Source: Blasia pusilla
Taxonomy: Eukaryota
Assembly: GCA_050084515.1 (NCBI GenBank)
Contig: CM114271.1
Span: 1,116,001-1,180,000, forward strand
Length of the DNA: 64,000 nucleotides
Direction: 5' to 3'
The position numbers and the translations under genes are program-made. Under the pieces are notes generated by a model, which saw only the letters and a list, made by a program, of their open reading frames with translations, was not told the DNA's origin and did not search any database. This document shows, piece by piece, positions 1-10,599 of the stretch; positions within the stretch are counted from its first letter, which is position 1; every line of letters starts with the position of its first letter.

Positions 1-1044
1 TTCCTTTCATTCCATTTATACGAACTCCTCTTTGTTTTTTATTCTTCATATGTCGACTCTCGATCATATGTTGGTGGACATGGATAGACGACCGCTCGCT
101 CTTATCACAAATATACCAATCCCTTCTTAGAGAACTGGAGGACAAGCCATCATATTGAATATTGATGGCCTTTACTTATTCCCCTTGGCGCTCGCATCTT
201 TTGAGGGGGTGCTATGTAGGTTTGAAGTAACCTCACTTTCTTTGGAGCTTCTCCAAACCCGAAAGGTCTGCACCTCTCTCCTATGTGAACATAATTCATT
301 TGTGCCATTTGTTAGTAGTGTTCAAATTTGGTATTTTTGGAGAAGCCTACTTTTTTTAGCGCCTTCCCTAACATTTATCGTGCACATTTCCACATTTTCT
401 ATGTTGAATCCCTCTTCCATTAATTCCTACAAATCTACATAATTTTCACAAATTGGCACGTGTGGAGGCTCAAAAAAGAAGTTGTGTGTTTCGTGCATAG
501 AAACTAACGCCCCAAGTGTAAATACGCCCTGTTCTATTGATTGAATCGTCTCCAACGTAAGTTCATTCCATCCACGATCATTTCTCATGCCAATATATTT
601 TTGACCTTTATCTAAAGACTCTTATTTATAATTCTTATGTTTATTCAGACTCCCAATTTCCTCAAATCCCATAGACATACGTGATTTTTGAATGGTATTT
701 TGTGGCAAAGTTCAGGAAAGGAAACGAGCCAATCGTGATGATAAATTGGCAATTCAACGACAAAAAAAGAGGACCTACCAACAAGAGTATAAGGGTTTCA
801 CGTTCATTCCTCTTCTATTTTGGTAGTAGAGGTCATTTCAAGTCTTCAAAATATCCAACCACCAACTAATGGAAGTCCATCCATAAGGTCTTATATTCGA
901 ACTTGTGTTTCCTTCTTTTTGTGCATCTTTGCTCTTAACCCTTCCACATTCATATCCAACTTTGTGTTCTTTCTAATCTTTGTAAACTTTCTCTCTTTTT
1001 GCAAGCCTCTCAATGATTGATGTAATGGTTTGGTAGATAGAATT

Positions 1045-2148
1045 ATGGAGGTGGAGAAGATGAGTTCATTCAAAAATATTCTACAATTCAGGTACAAGAA
1101 GTTGCCACTTATGGATCGCCAAGAGTTCAATTACCTAGCATCTCACTCTATGAAGTTTCCGAGATTCCTACGACTAGGCAACAGTACAGACAACACCAAG
1201 AGATGAGTTAACTACCAATACCCTTATTCAAGATGGACTATTGGAGACTCAACATGAAGTCATCAATAATGCCTCAACTCTTCGCAATATTTGGAGTGAA
1301 GTAGTCTTAAGAGTGGATATTTTTCCATTTGCGCTTGATGAAAGCATGTTACCAATACAACGTGCCACTAACCCAAATGCCTGCACAATTTTCCCTTTGC
1401 CTAATATTGATAGAGTCGTAAGGGTTAACAAATTTTCTCAATATTGCAAGGAGACCAAACTTCCAAGAAAGTGATATTATGAAGTTGCGATTACAAAAGA
1501 GTTTCAATCCTACAAGTGGTCGTCATACAATGGGTCATATGATGGAAATATATCCATCATGCCGTGCTCTAGATTGGAAATATGAAATGGTGAGAGGTCC
1601 AAGTCTCATGACTCATCATATGGTATATGTTTTGACCATGGGAAGATATCTTTGCCCCTTTTGAAGGCATCTCCTCCATTCTTGAAATCATTGATTTTAG
1701 GTGTTGTTCCTATAGCTAGGAGTTTTTTTTTTCCTCATCCAAGAGTTTACAATTTTGCACTTCAACTAGCATATACTTGACACTTCAGGGTTCAAGGTAG
1801 GATCTATCATTCTATTGGACCCTTACATCTTGAGATGGGGACTAATCCCCAATTTTTTGTATTTTACATTCATGATACTATAAATGAATTGGAGAATGGT
1901 GAAAGAGTTATGTGTAGGTTTATTCATTTTAATTATAAGATCTTGAAAGGGATACAAGAGATATTCTATGAATGCAATCTATATGTCAATATTTTTTGTT
2001 GTATGGGCAACGAGGCAAGTGACCTTAATATGACGATCATCCAAAACTCAAGTAAGAGAGGTATCAATGCAAAGTGTTATAACTTGCCAATTACTTCTAA
2101 GGTGGTCGCTATTTTACCAGGTGATGGAAGTGAACATGTTGACCATCG
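1045..2148 (+). pseudogene. Helitron H1 RepHel remnant, 5' part (cut at 2148 by retroelement A)
   Basis: 1500-2148 aligns with 49680-50355 of the fuller Helitron. ORF 1835-2176 (QFFVFYIHD..NELENGERVM..ECNLYV..VVAILPGDGSEHVDHR) parallels QFAQLYVHD..NELENRGRVM..ECNPYV..VVAILSGDDSEHVDYR. Many stops and frameshifts. The 5' end was not located. Confidence 0.88.
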
Positions 2149-2347
2149 TGTCATGACCATACGGACTATGTCGTAGAGTATAGTGTGCTAGTAGAGGCCG
2201 TACCTTATGTAGGGCCGTAGTGTCTAGGTAGAGATGCGGTTTCATACATAGGGTTGGGGGTTACTCAGTTGAGGGTGACTTTTCCAATAGGCTCGATTGT
2301 ATGTGATTCTATACGTGTTTTATGACAGAAGGTCTTTCACGGATTTC
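2149..2347 (+). repeat. Family A terminal repeat A1 (about 165 bp internally deleted)
   Basis: Matches the reverse complement of 8338-8701 and also 15073-15373. It ends GGATTTC and is not followed by the B segment. Confidence 0.9.
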
Positions 2348-2359
2348 ACTCAAAGAACT
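2348..2359 (+). promoter_or_regulatory. Putative self-priming primer-binding site of family A
   Basis: ACTCAAAGAACT directly after A1 is the exact complement of AGTTCTTTGAGT (15201-15212), which lies 30 nt downstream of a TATA at 15171 in repeat A. Confidence 0.7.
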
Positions 2360-3839
2360 CGAGTAGATCGATGGTAGCTTCGATCGTGGATCAGTAGGAT
2401 CTGGTTGGGGCTGATTGTGTACTCAACCGTGGATGTTCATGGCTTGTGGCCTATGTTGGAGGTATGAATCTGGTGCGTGGTTGGTTGGGAAATAACCGCC
2501 TTGCTAAGAGCTTTCCAACGGGCATTAGATCGCCGGATTTCGTTAAGGGAGTTGGAAGTTATCAAGGATTGAAGATTGTGGTTAGTGTTCGACTGTTTTT
2601 TGATATGGAGAGCTTTGAATGCGGAAGCTTTGTTGAAGTTCATCCAGATTGGGTGAGAGGTTCCTGTTGCTACCTGTATTTTGATCTCATGTGAAGCTAT
2701 CTGCTTGAGTGTGTGGAGCGTTGCGGATTTTTGTGTGCATGAATCTGGGCGGAAGCGTATGCGATTCTGGAGGTGTATGGACAGCAAGTTTGTCTGATTT
2801 TTAGCTCAGAGTACAGAGCTCGGTTGTAGTTGATTTTTGTGGAGAGATAGCTATGGTGGCCAATTGAATTTTGGTCAAAATAGATTAAATTTTGGTCAAG
2901 GATTCGTGGAGTTATTGCTGATCGAAATTTTATGGATAGTAGATCGGAGGGGTTGGTCGATTGGTGACTCGTCCATTGTTGGAGATGCCTATCCCGTTGA
3001 GGGCGCCCTGGTTGGGCCTCTCTCCATAGCGAAGCATGGAAAACGGGGTGATAGGGGCATGTCTCGAGCATTTCTCGGCGTTTCGAGGCTTCGAGGCAAC
3101 TCGTGGTAGCTCGGGGCGAATGGGCGTGAGAGGCGGAGTAAGGAGCAAGGAGCAAACAAGCTTGCTTGCATGGGCGTGAGACAGTTTTTGCAGGATTTGT
3201 GAGTTGGGTGTTGCATAACTAGTCCTCCATCTTTGGGCTATTCTGCCTGGAAGACGCTTAACTGTTGAGTAGTTGAGTAGCCATTGGTTTCACCTTCCGG
3301 GCCACTGTCTTGTATTTTGTGTACACTTGTGCATCCATGGGATGTTCGTCAGACTCAAACCCGTGCACATCCGCTTCCTTCTCCGTAGATTCATATTCAT
3401 TTTCTCCTTCCATGAACCTTGATATCTCTTCATGCAACTCACGCGAGTGAATTGTAATCACCCTTGTATCCAGCGAATCGGTGTTCATATGGGTAAACAC
3501 CTCTTCAAGACTATCTCCAAAACCCTCTTCTTCATACATCCCACTAATGAACTCTTCATCTAATAGAAAACCCTTACATTTTAACAAACCCTCCTTTTTT
3601 TTCATAAAACGTCTTTTCTTTTCATTCATTTCTTTCATCATTTGGAATCTACTAGACCACGAAGAAAAACATTGAGAAAACCCACACCTAAACATATACG
3701 ATTCTTCCCCCTCTACTAGCGGAAGACTCCTTCTTTTCTCAGCAGCCCCATATTCCCGCTCTATAGGAGTGCTAACTAAAAATCCGAAAACTCTTTCTCT
3801 ACCTTCATAGGACCATCTCTTAACTTCTCTCTATTCCTT

Positions 3840-6095
3840 TCATGACTTACTCAAAAAGAAGGAATTGGCGATCTTGTTCCATCCTCGACTTCTAATACGG
3901 GCATAATGAGACCCATCATCCATGACTTTGGTCTCCATTCTAGATGTTGTGATGTAAGGTTGCCCAAGAATCATAGGATAAGCAGCTCCATTCTGAACAA
4001 AGAAATTTTGCTCAATCAACACATCTCCGATACGAGTTTTGACGGATGGACAAGCATCATAGAGTTCATCTTTTTGGTTGTTAGCCGCTCCTAGTACCCA
4101 TCCATGCCCTGTATCAATTGGCCATATCCCTTTGTCGTACACACTTCGCGACATGATGTTGATCTCCGAACCATGATCAACGAGAGCCAAAACTGACTCT
4201 TGAAGAGAGCCAAGTCGAACTCTAGCCTCCGTCGTTGCACGCGCCCAATATGATCGAGAATAGTGTCCACCATTATGCCTTTCTTCACCTTGTTCTATCA
4301 AGGCTTCTCCTACTCTCGCCTCTTTTCCCTGTAAGTTAAGCTTTTGTCCAAACACTTGGCAAAGCTCTTCATCTTCTTCTTCTGTGATGTAAGTATCCAA
4401 AGCTCTCACCATCACCATATCTGCAGTCATCTGCCTCTTCCTTTTGATCACATCTATGATCAACTCATGAAAGTCACGTTTGGCTATGCCCAAGACTTCC
4501 CTCAAAGAAAACTCTATTTTCGCATCCAAAATCCTCTCCTCAAGAATCTCCTTTAAATTCGTGCTTGTCTCGATATCAGACTGCAGCTTGTATGTAGGAG
4601 TCTTACCCTTGGTCTTCTGAGGAGACCTCAATTCGTTCTTCTTGGTCCTTGATGCTTTGACATGAGAATCCCTCATAGATTCAGATGTGGAAGGTCCTTC
4701 TTCTCTTGATGGCTGCGCCTCCGGTTGTCCTTTTCTTCTTAAGGTCCTTGCTCTTCTTGCGGCTTCCTCAGCATCAACACCATCATTTTCGCGTCTCCTC
4801 TTCTCCTCCACACTAGCATCTTGCCAACTCACATGTTTCTCTTGTGTTAGGTATGCTTTAACAGACCCAGCTTCCACTGGATCATCCCATCCAGTCAGAT
4901 GACGGATAGTCTCTGCCTCTCGTATCATAACTTCTCGAGGAAATTCTAATGATTCACTTTTAGCTACAAATACAATAGACACTTCAATTTTTACTGCAAA
5001 GGTATCAGAATCTAATGTCGTAGTGGCAACTCCTACTTGACTTCTCACTAAGCCTTTCATACCTCCTCTACCAAAGTTGGTATTCAACGGCATACCAGTC
5101 TGCGTTGAATGAATCTTCCCATCTTTGAAGTTTATTATTCCATTTCTAAGAGCTTCTGAAAATTCCTCACATTCTCGACGTTGATGCTCAACACTATCAC
5201 ACCATATACATCTTCTCACAAAGTTCTTACTTGTTGAAGGAGCACCAACACTAGGATTCCTATCAAGTTTAAGCTCAGCCATTTCTACTCTCAACTCTCT
5301 CAAACCTTTCACCAACTCATCAATGGTAGAATCTTCAAGCTTTGCTGGCATGGGCTTAGGCAATGGATTTGAAATTGGTACCTCCGACTTGAATACTGTG
5401 GTTCTACCTCTACTTCGACTTTGCTTTGTGAGGATAGCAACAGCTTCTTCCACTTTCTTCCAATTAGTGCTGACACCTTCTTCTTCATTCTTGTCCGCCA
5501 ACATTATAAAAAGCTTGTCCTCCAAATTCTCATCTTCCGCCTCAAGGAATAACTCGGTTTTCCTCAAGTCTAGAGCTGCTCTTTCAGAAGGAGAAAGCTG
5601 AAAAAACCGCTTCTCAAACTCACGCAACAATTCATTTGGATTCATTCCCTTCCTTGGACGTTGCTCTATCCATTCTAGAAAACTCCTCTTAGTCACCCGA
5701 TCCACATCATCATCGAAGAATTCTCCTTTCAGCAACTGTTCGTACTCCTCCCATGAGGTTGGATTTTCTGCTCTCAACTTCTTTACTTGACTACGGATCT
5801 CTGGTATTACAGCTAACTCAAAACTTGACACCATATCACCTTTGGGTACACGGTTAACCTCCATCTCACAGACGTACTCTCGAACATACCTGGTGATGTT
5901 CCCGCCATCAAATCTTCCCAACTTCTTTACAATCGCTTGGAGAGCCCTTGTTGATCTTTGCTCTCCGATGTGAACTCCTCCTTGTTGGCTCAACAATGTT
6001 GTCAAAGTTCGGAGAAGATCTTCAGCTCCCTCACTTCCAATTGATGAAGTACTCCCAAAAGTAGTCATCTCGATAAGACTCCAACTTGCAAACAC
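3840..6095 (-). CDS. Gag-aspartic protease polyprotein of element C
   Basis: Gag-like N-terminus (RFDGGNITRYVREY), zinc knuckle CIWCDSVEHQRREC, protease ALVDHGSEINIM..MILGQPYI. The segment YKLQSDIE..ILDAKIEFSLREVLGIAKRDFH resembles DUF4100 from memory (unverified). Confidence 0.85.
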   Translation of the reverse strand: MFASWSLIEMTTFGSTSSIGSEGAEDLLRTLTTLLSQQGGVHIGEQRSTRALQAIVKKLGRFDGGNITRYVREYVCEMEVNRVPKGDMVSSFELAVIPEIRSQVKKLRAENPTSWEEYEQLLKGEFFDDDVDRVTKRSFLEWIEQRPRKGMNPNELLREFEKRFFQLSPSERAALDLRKTELFLEAEDENLEDKLFIMLADKNEEEGVSTNWKKVEEAVAILTKQSRSRGRTTVFKSEVPISNPLPKPMPAKLEDSTIDELVKGLRELRVEMAELKLDRNPSVGAPSTSKNFVRRCIWCDSVEHQRRECEEFSEALRNGIINFKDGKIHSTQTGMPLNTNFGRGGMKGLVRSQVGVATTTLDSDTFAVKIEVSIVFVAKSESLEFPREVMIREAETIRHLTGWDDPVEAGSVKAYLTQEKHVSWQDASVEEKRRRENDGVDAEEAARRARTLRRKGQPEAQPSREEGPSTSESMRDSHVKASRTKKNELRSPQKTKGKTPTYKLQSDIETSTNLKEILEERILDAKIEFSLREVLGIAKRDFHELIIDVIKRKRQMTADMVMVRALDTYITEEEDEELCQVFGQKLNLQGKEARVGEALIEQGEERHNGGHYSRSYWARATTEARVRLGSLQESVLALVDHGSEINIMSRSVYDKGIWPIDTGHGWVLGAANNQKDELYDACPSVKTRIGDVLIEQNFFVQNGAAYPMILGQPYITTSRMETKVMDDGSHYARIRSRGWNKIANSFFLSKS

Positions 6096-6112
6096 AAACT
6101 ACCGCCTCCAAG

Positions 6113-6132
6113 AGCTCTTAGTGGAAGCACCA
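6113..6132 (-). promoter_or_regulatory. PBS of element C, probably tRNA-Thr type
   Basis: The minus strand reads TGGTGCTTCCACTAAGAGCT 2 nt after the LTR's terminal CA. It complements a tRNA 3' end ..GGAAGCACCA, resembling plant tRNA-Thr (from memory). Confidence 0.6.
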
Positions 6133-6134
6133 TT

Positions 6135-7399
6135 TGTCGTGTCTAGAGTCTTTCTTCGAGCAAGGGCGGGCCTTCTAGCTGCGGTCGATGCAAGGTGAAC
6201 TCTCTAATAAGTTCTCCTTTTTCAATACAAAATTATGATGTACACTCTCCATTCTCTCACGACACGTATCACAAATGGAAGTGCCGAGGCGATCACTTTT
6301 TCGTAACATCGGAACCCAAAATTCCTAACTATAAAATCCCTATAAACTATTTTACGCTTGTACACGAGGAAGATAGCACAACTAGTGTTAAACCCTACTT
6401 GAGCACGCCTATTGACATCCATGGATCGCTATATAAGGACATACAAAGTACAATCCCATGTCCTTCCATATGTGACAATAGGAAGAATCACCGGAGTTTG
6501 AGATTGCATGACCTGGTTCATGAACGCCTCCCCAAAGTGATAAACTAAATAGCGAGTGAACCAGTGCCTATCAACAAAGAGTACCTTGACATGGTAAGGA
6601 TTGAGGAAAGGAAAGTCGGGCACAGCTCGTGATCCACCCCTATCCATGCTTGACACACATTCTCTACTCTCCTCAAGAATGGGTTTTGGTAGAGTTATTC
6701 TCCCAAGAGGGGTAATCCACTCTCATTGGGGAAGTAACAAGCCAAAACATCCACTATTTTAGTATGACTAAACTCCTCTCCGGTGACAAACCTCTCATCC
6801 CCACACACACACAACCACACTCTAGAAATCTCTCGAAGAATAGACCATGGTCAAGTTACTCTCCCAAGAGGGGTGATCCACTCTCATTGGAAGAGCAAGC
6901 AATCCCAAAGCCATACACTCAAGAGAGACACGAGAGACTCAAGATGTGGAATAGAAGGTGATGAACCCTTGAAGGTCCCTCCTCTTTATATACTCACAAG
7001 GGATCAACAAGAGTACGAAATAGAGCTTATTTTATCTTGTGCCACATGGCTTCCTCTCAAGGCTTAGCCAATCATATTTTGACACAAGTAGATTTCCTCT
7101 TATCTCTTCTAAAATATCCTCTTTTACCCACATGATATTTTCCAAATTACCCCAACTAACCTAGCCACCAACCAAGACTACTTTTGCTTTTCATTAAAGC
7201 AACTACTTTAGTTTTATAAAGTCATCTTTTATTTATTACCTCCTTTTCCTAAAATTGGGCCCGCATAAAAGAGGCACCATAAAGAGGTTTAAACATAAGA
7301 ATCTCTTTTTTATAAGCCAATTTACTTAATACTAATGAAACTCTATCTAACACTTAATGACGAAGGAGTTTACACACTGGTTGATTTTACTTTACGACA
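6135..7399 (-). repeat. 5' LTR of element C (~1265 bp)
   Basis: Inverted termini TGTCGT/ACGACA with adjacent PBS. Family A gag resumes at 7400. Internal ~40-bp direct repeat near 6692 and 6853. Confidence 0.75.
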
Positions 7400-8230
7400 C
7401 CGTGGTGCGGACAGTGGTAGTTTTACCACGAGTGGATTGAGGTATCGGCTACCTTTTCCACTTCCGACGGTTGATGAAGAGGAGGACGAGGGTGTTCCAA
7501 ACACCGATTCTTCTACGTTGTTATCGAGTGTTGCAGCTCCATTGATTTGGGACATGGACGGGATATATCGGGCCATGAAGGGCCCACGATGATACTCGGA
7601 TGCAGTGGGCACTATTGAGTTGAAGGACTTCATTCAGGAGTTTGATATGTGGTGTGATATGCAGATGTTGCGGAACACTACATTATTTACACCCTTCTTG
7701 GCTTGGAAGGGGTTGTTTCAGCACTTGGAGCGACCACCCATGGACGATTACCATGAGTTTAGGAAGGACCATGTTTCTGAGATTGAGGCCTGGAGACAAT
7801 ATTGGTCTCCAGGCTATGTATCTATCACCCATGGTGGTATTGGTAGTAGTGCTCCTACTATGCCCACCCCACGTTGAGTGTTATGAGTACGAGCCGGAGT
7901 GGGGTACCAATGGAGGTACCCATGGAGGTACTAGTGGAGGTAATAGTGCCCCACCATCATTCAGCCCAGTTGCAAAGTTCTTCAAGAGGTTGAAGAAGAA
8001 CTATTAGGGAGTGAAGACAAAGAAGTTGAGGAATCTTCAAGAATTTGATCGAAAGACTGGTGAGAGTCTTTATGAGGCATACTCTCCTATGCGAAACTTG
8101 ATTTCAGTTACCCAGGGTGTGATTGAGGCTCAGGCAGTCCAGTTTTGGTATGGGATCTTGGACAGAGAGTTGGGATAGGTGATGCTACTCTTATGACTGA
8201 TGATTCACCCACATTGACCAATGTGTTTGT
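7400..8230 (+). pseudogene. gag remnant of element A
   Basis: VGTIELKDFIQEFDMWCDMQ..PMDDYHEF..EIEAWRQYW is homologous to family B gag (VGTIELHDFIAEF..PMHDYHEF..EIEAWRLYY). Stops present. Confidence 0.8.
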
Positions 8231-8810
8231 TGTCGTGCGAATCCACATCGTCATACAACATACATCGCTGACAAACCATACTCACATACATACATAACAT
8301 AGACGAGAGCATCCACAAACACAAGTGTACCAAAATTGAAATCCGTGAAAGACCAACTTTCATAAAACACGTATAGAATCACATACAATCGAGCCAAACC
8401 TACTCCACGATGGGAGAATCTAGGTCGAAGCTTGGAAACACCATATCCAAGAGCTCTACTCACTACCAAGGCTAACTCCCAACGCAACAGGCTCAACTCA
8501 AAGAACTAACAGTTCTTTGAGTGCACTCCACCTTATATCCTCCAACCTAAGAGCGGGCCCTACTGGAAAAGTCACCCTCAATGGAGTAACCCCCAACCCT
8601 ATGTATGAAATTGCATCTCTACCTAGACACTACGGCCCTACATAAGGTATGGCCTCTACTAGCACACTATACTCTACGACATAATCCGTATGGTCATGAC
8701 AGCTGTCGTGTGAATCCACATCGTCATACAACATACATCGCTGACATACCATACTCACATACATACATAACATAGACGAGAGCATCCACAAACACAAGTG
8801 TACCACAACT
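8231..8810 (-). repeat. Family A 3' terminal block: B1 (8704-8810), 2-bp spacer GC, A2 (8338-8701), B2 (8231-8337)
   Basis: The 107-bp B segment occurs twice around the 364-bp A segment. The B1/A2 junction reads ACGACA-GC-TGTCATG. PPT TAGGGGGGCG lies at 8811-8820 on the minus strand. Confidence 0.92.
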
Positions 8811-8982
8811 CGCCCCCCTAACTAGCGGTTAGATCCCTCTAACTCCCAGGTAGCCCTATACATCTACTACATGCTATACACCTTCTTGGGTGCACGAATC
8901 AGAAGGCCGGGTGCAAGGTTGCCTCATCGTTAGTCGCACATCTATAATCCATATCATGCAAAGATCAAGTCATCTACCTCTC

Positions 8983-10575
8983 CTAAGTACATCGAGGACA
9001 AACCCACCTTCCAGTAGGAACAACATCCATACGTGGAGTCAAACACATCATGTGCCAACCCGTAGAACACCGATCACACACCAACATACGGGTTGCGTTA
9101 CCAGCAGACCCACACAACATGCACCTCAAGCTAGCACGTATCATGGCTAAGCTTGGATCAACAGTACCATCCACATTTGGAAGATGACATGGTGCACAAT
9201 TACGATCATGGTCCTTCCAAACAACTCCATCACGACCCTCCAACATGAGAACTCCAGAAGCTAACACCTCGCGCACTCGTAAAATAGTGCGGTCTGCCGT
9301 CACATCCAACGTTGTCGGTGCAATCTGCTGCAAATAGACATAGTCTCCAACATGGAACCTACGAATCGATGGTCGATAACCTCCACCCCGAATGGTTACA
9401 TACCGCAACGTATCACTGTGTTGTTAAGCAATGGCAAGATTCTCAAAGGCTGTTGGCATAACTCTCCGAAAGAGCTCTGCCCGCTGAGATCACACTCTCA
9501 TCCATATCTCTAGGTCATCAAGGTTCACCACCCCACTAGACTCCCGACAAATTGATGCTGGCAAGTCTGGATCTCGGCAGTATAACAGAAAATAAGGTGA
9601 GAAGGAAGCCAAGGATGCTTGGCAACTGAAGCTATACCCCATGGCTAACCATGGCAACTGAATATCCCTGTCTCCAAGATGCCCCTTGTGTAGGCCATAC
9701 TTGCGCAATGCCCTCTTCACCGTCTGAACCATACGCTCAGCCAAACCATCCGCCTTTGGATAATCTCGAGACGTGGTCCGATGATCAATCAACGCCTTGT
9801 CACACAAGACCTCAAACTCACCCTGAAACTCTGTATCCTGGTCGATCAACACCTCAACTGGTGCACCAAAATGACTAAGCACTCTATCAAGAAACGCATA
9901 CGCCGTTCCCTCACTTGCCTTGTCAGGTAATGCCACCAAATCAATCCACTTGGAGAAGTGCTCCACCATCACCAACACATATCGATGATGTCGTAAATTC
10001 AACGGTAACGGTCCTACAAAGTCCATACTCCAACGGTAACCCAACCCCACAATAGGAAAAGGGTGTAACTGTGGTGTAGGGGCATTGAATGATGCCCTCA
10101 CCCGGTCACAAACCATACAACGTGACACCAACTGCTGCACCAGAGTATGCATGCCACGCCACCAATATTGACCAAGGAGTAAGCTATACCTACGCTTTAT
10201 CCCAAAATGTCCCAACTCCTCATGGGCATGTCGCACAATGCGCTCTCTCTGAGCCAAATGCGGCACTACTCGTACTCTATCATCCTCCCACACAAGGAGA
10301 ATATGTGTTCCCTCCAATCGATACCTCTTAGCACGTCGAAGAACACCGTCTCGCTCCTTGGCACTCACTATGCCTAGCATCCTACTGGTCCGTAGGAACT
10401 CCAACACCAACGCATCATCATGAATATCAAGCTGATCCGTACCACCATCTCCAACCTTAGGATTTGAAAGTTGGCCATCTACCCTCTGACTAGAGTAAGA
10501 TGTCATGTGGTCCTCCATACTAGAGTCCACCCCTAACCAACATAAAAAGGCGGATGCATGCCAACCTGGCACCAT
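8983..10575 (-). pseudogene. Integrase (HHCC + DDE) with C-terminal PHD finger, family A
   Basis: HAHEELGHFG..CMVC, WSMDFVGPLP, VLIDQDTEF, DGLAERMV. PHD is CMLC..MLVCDRC..WHMMCLTP..VPTGRWVCPRC (C4HC3). In-frame stops lie between the two ORFs. Confidence 0.92.
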
Positions 10576-10599
10576 CTCCTCATCAACCTCGCCATGCCA

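Larger units (their letters stand above)
3218..7399 (-). mobile_element. Truncated Ty3/Gypsy element C (5' LTR, PBS, gag-protease; pol lost), nested in element A
   Basis: LTR 6135-7399 with TGTCGT..ACGACA ends, adjacent PBS, a 751-aa gag-PR ORF, then a pre-RT segment YTKYKTVARKVKP (ORF 3258-3695). The left boundary is approximate. Confidence 0.85.

Noticed and set aside
2437-3216. Overlapping 70-150 aa ORFs
   Set aside because: They fall in the 5' UTR of element A and have no motifs, so they are likely chance ORFs.
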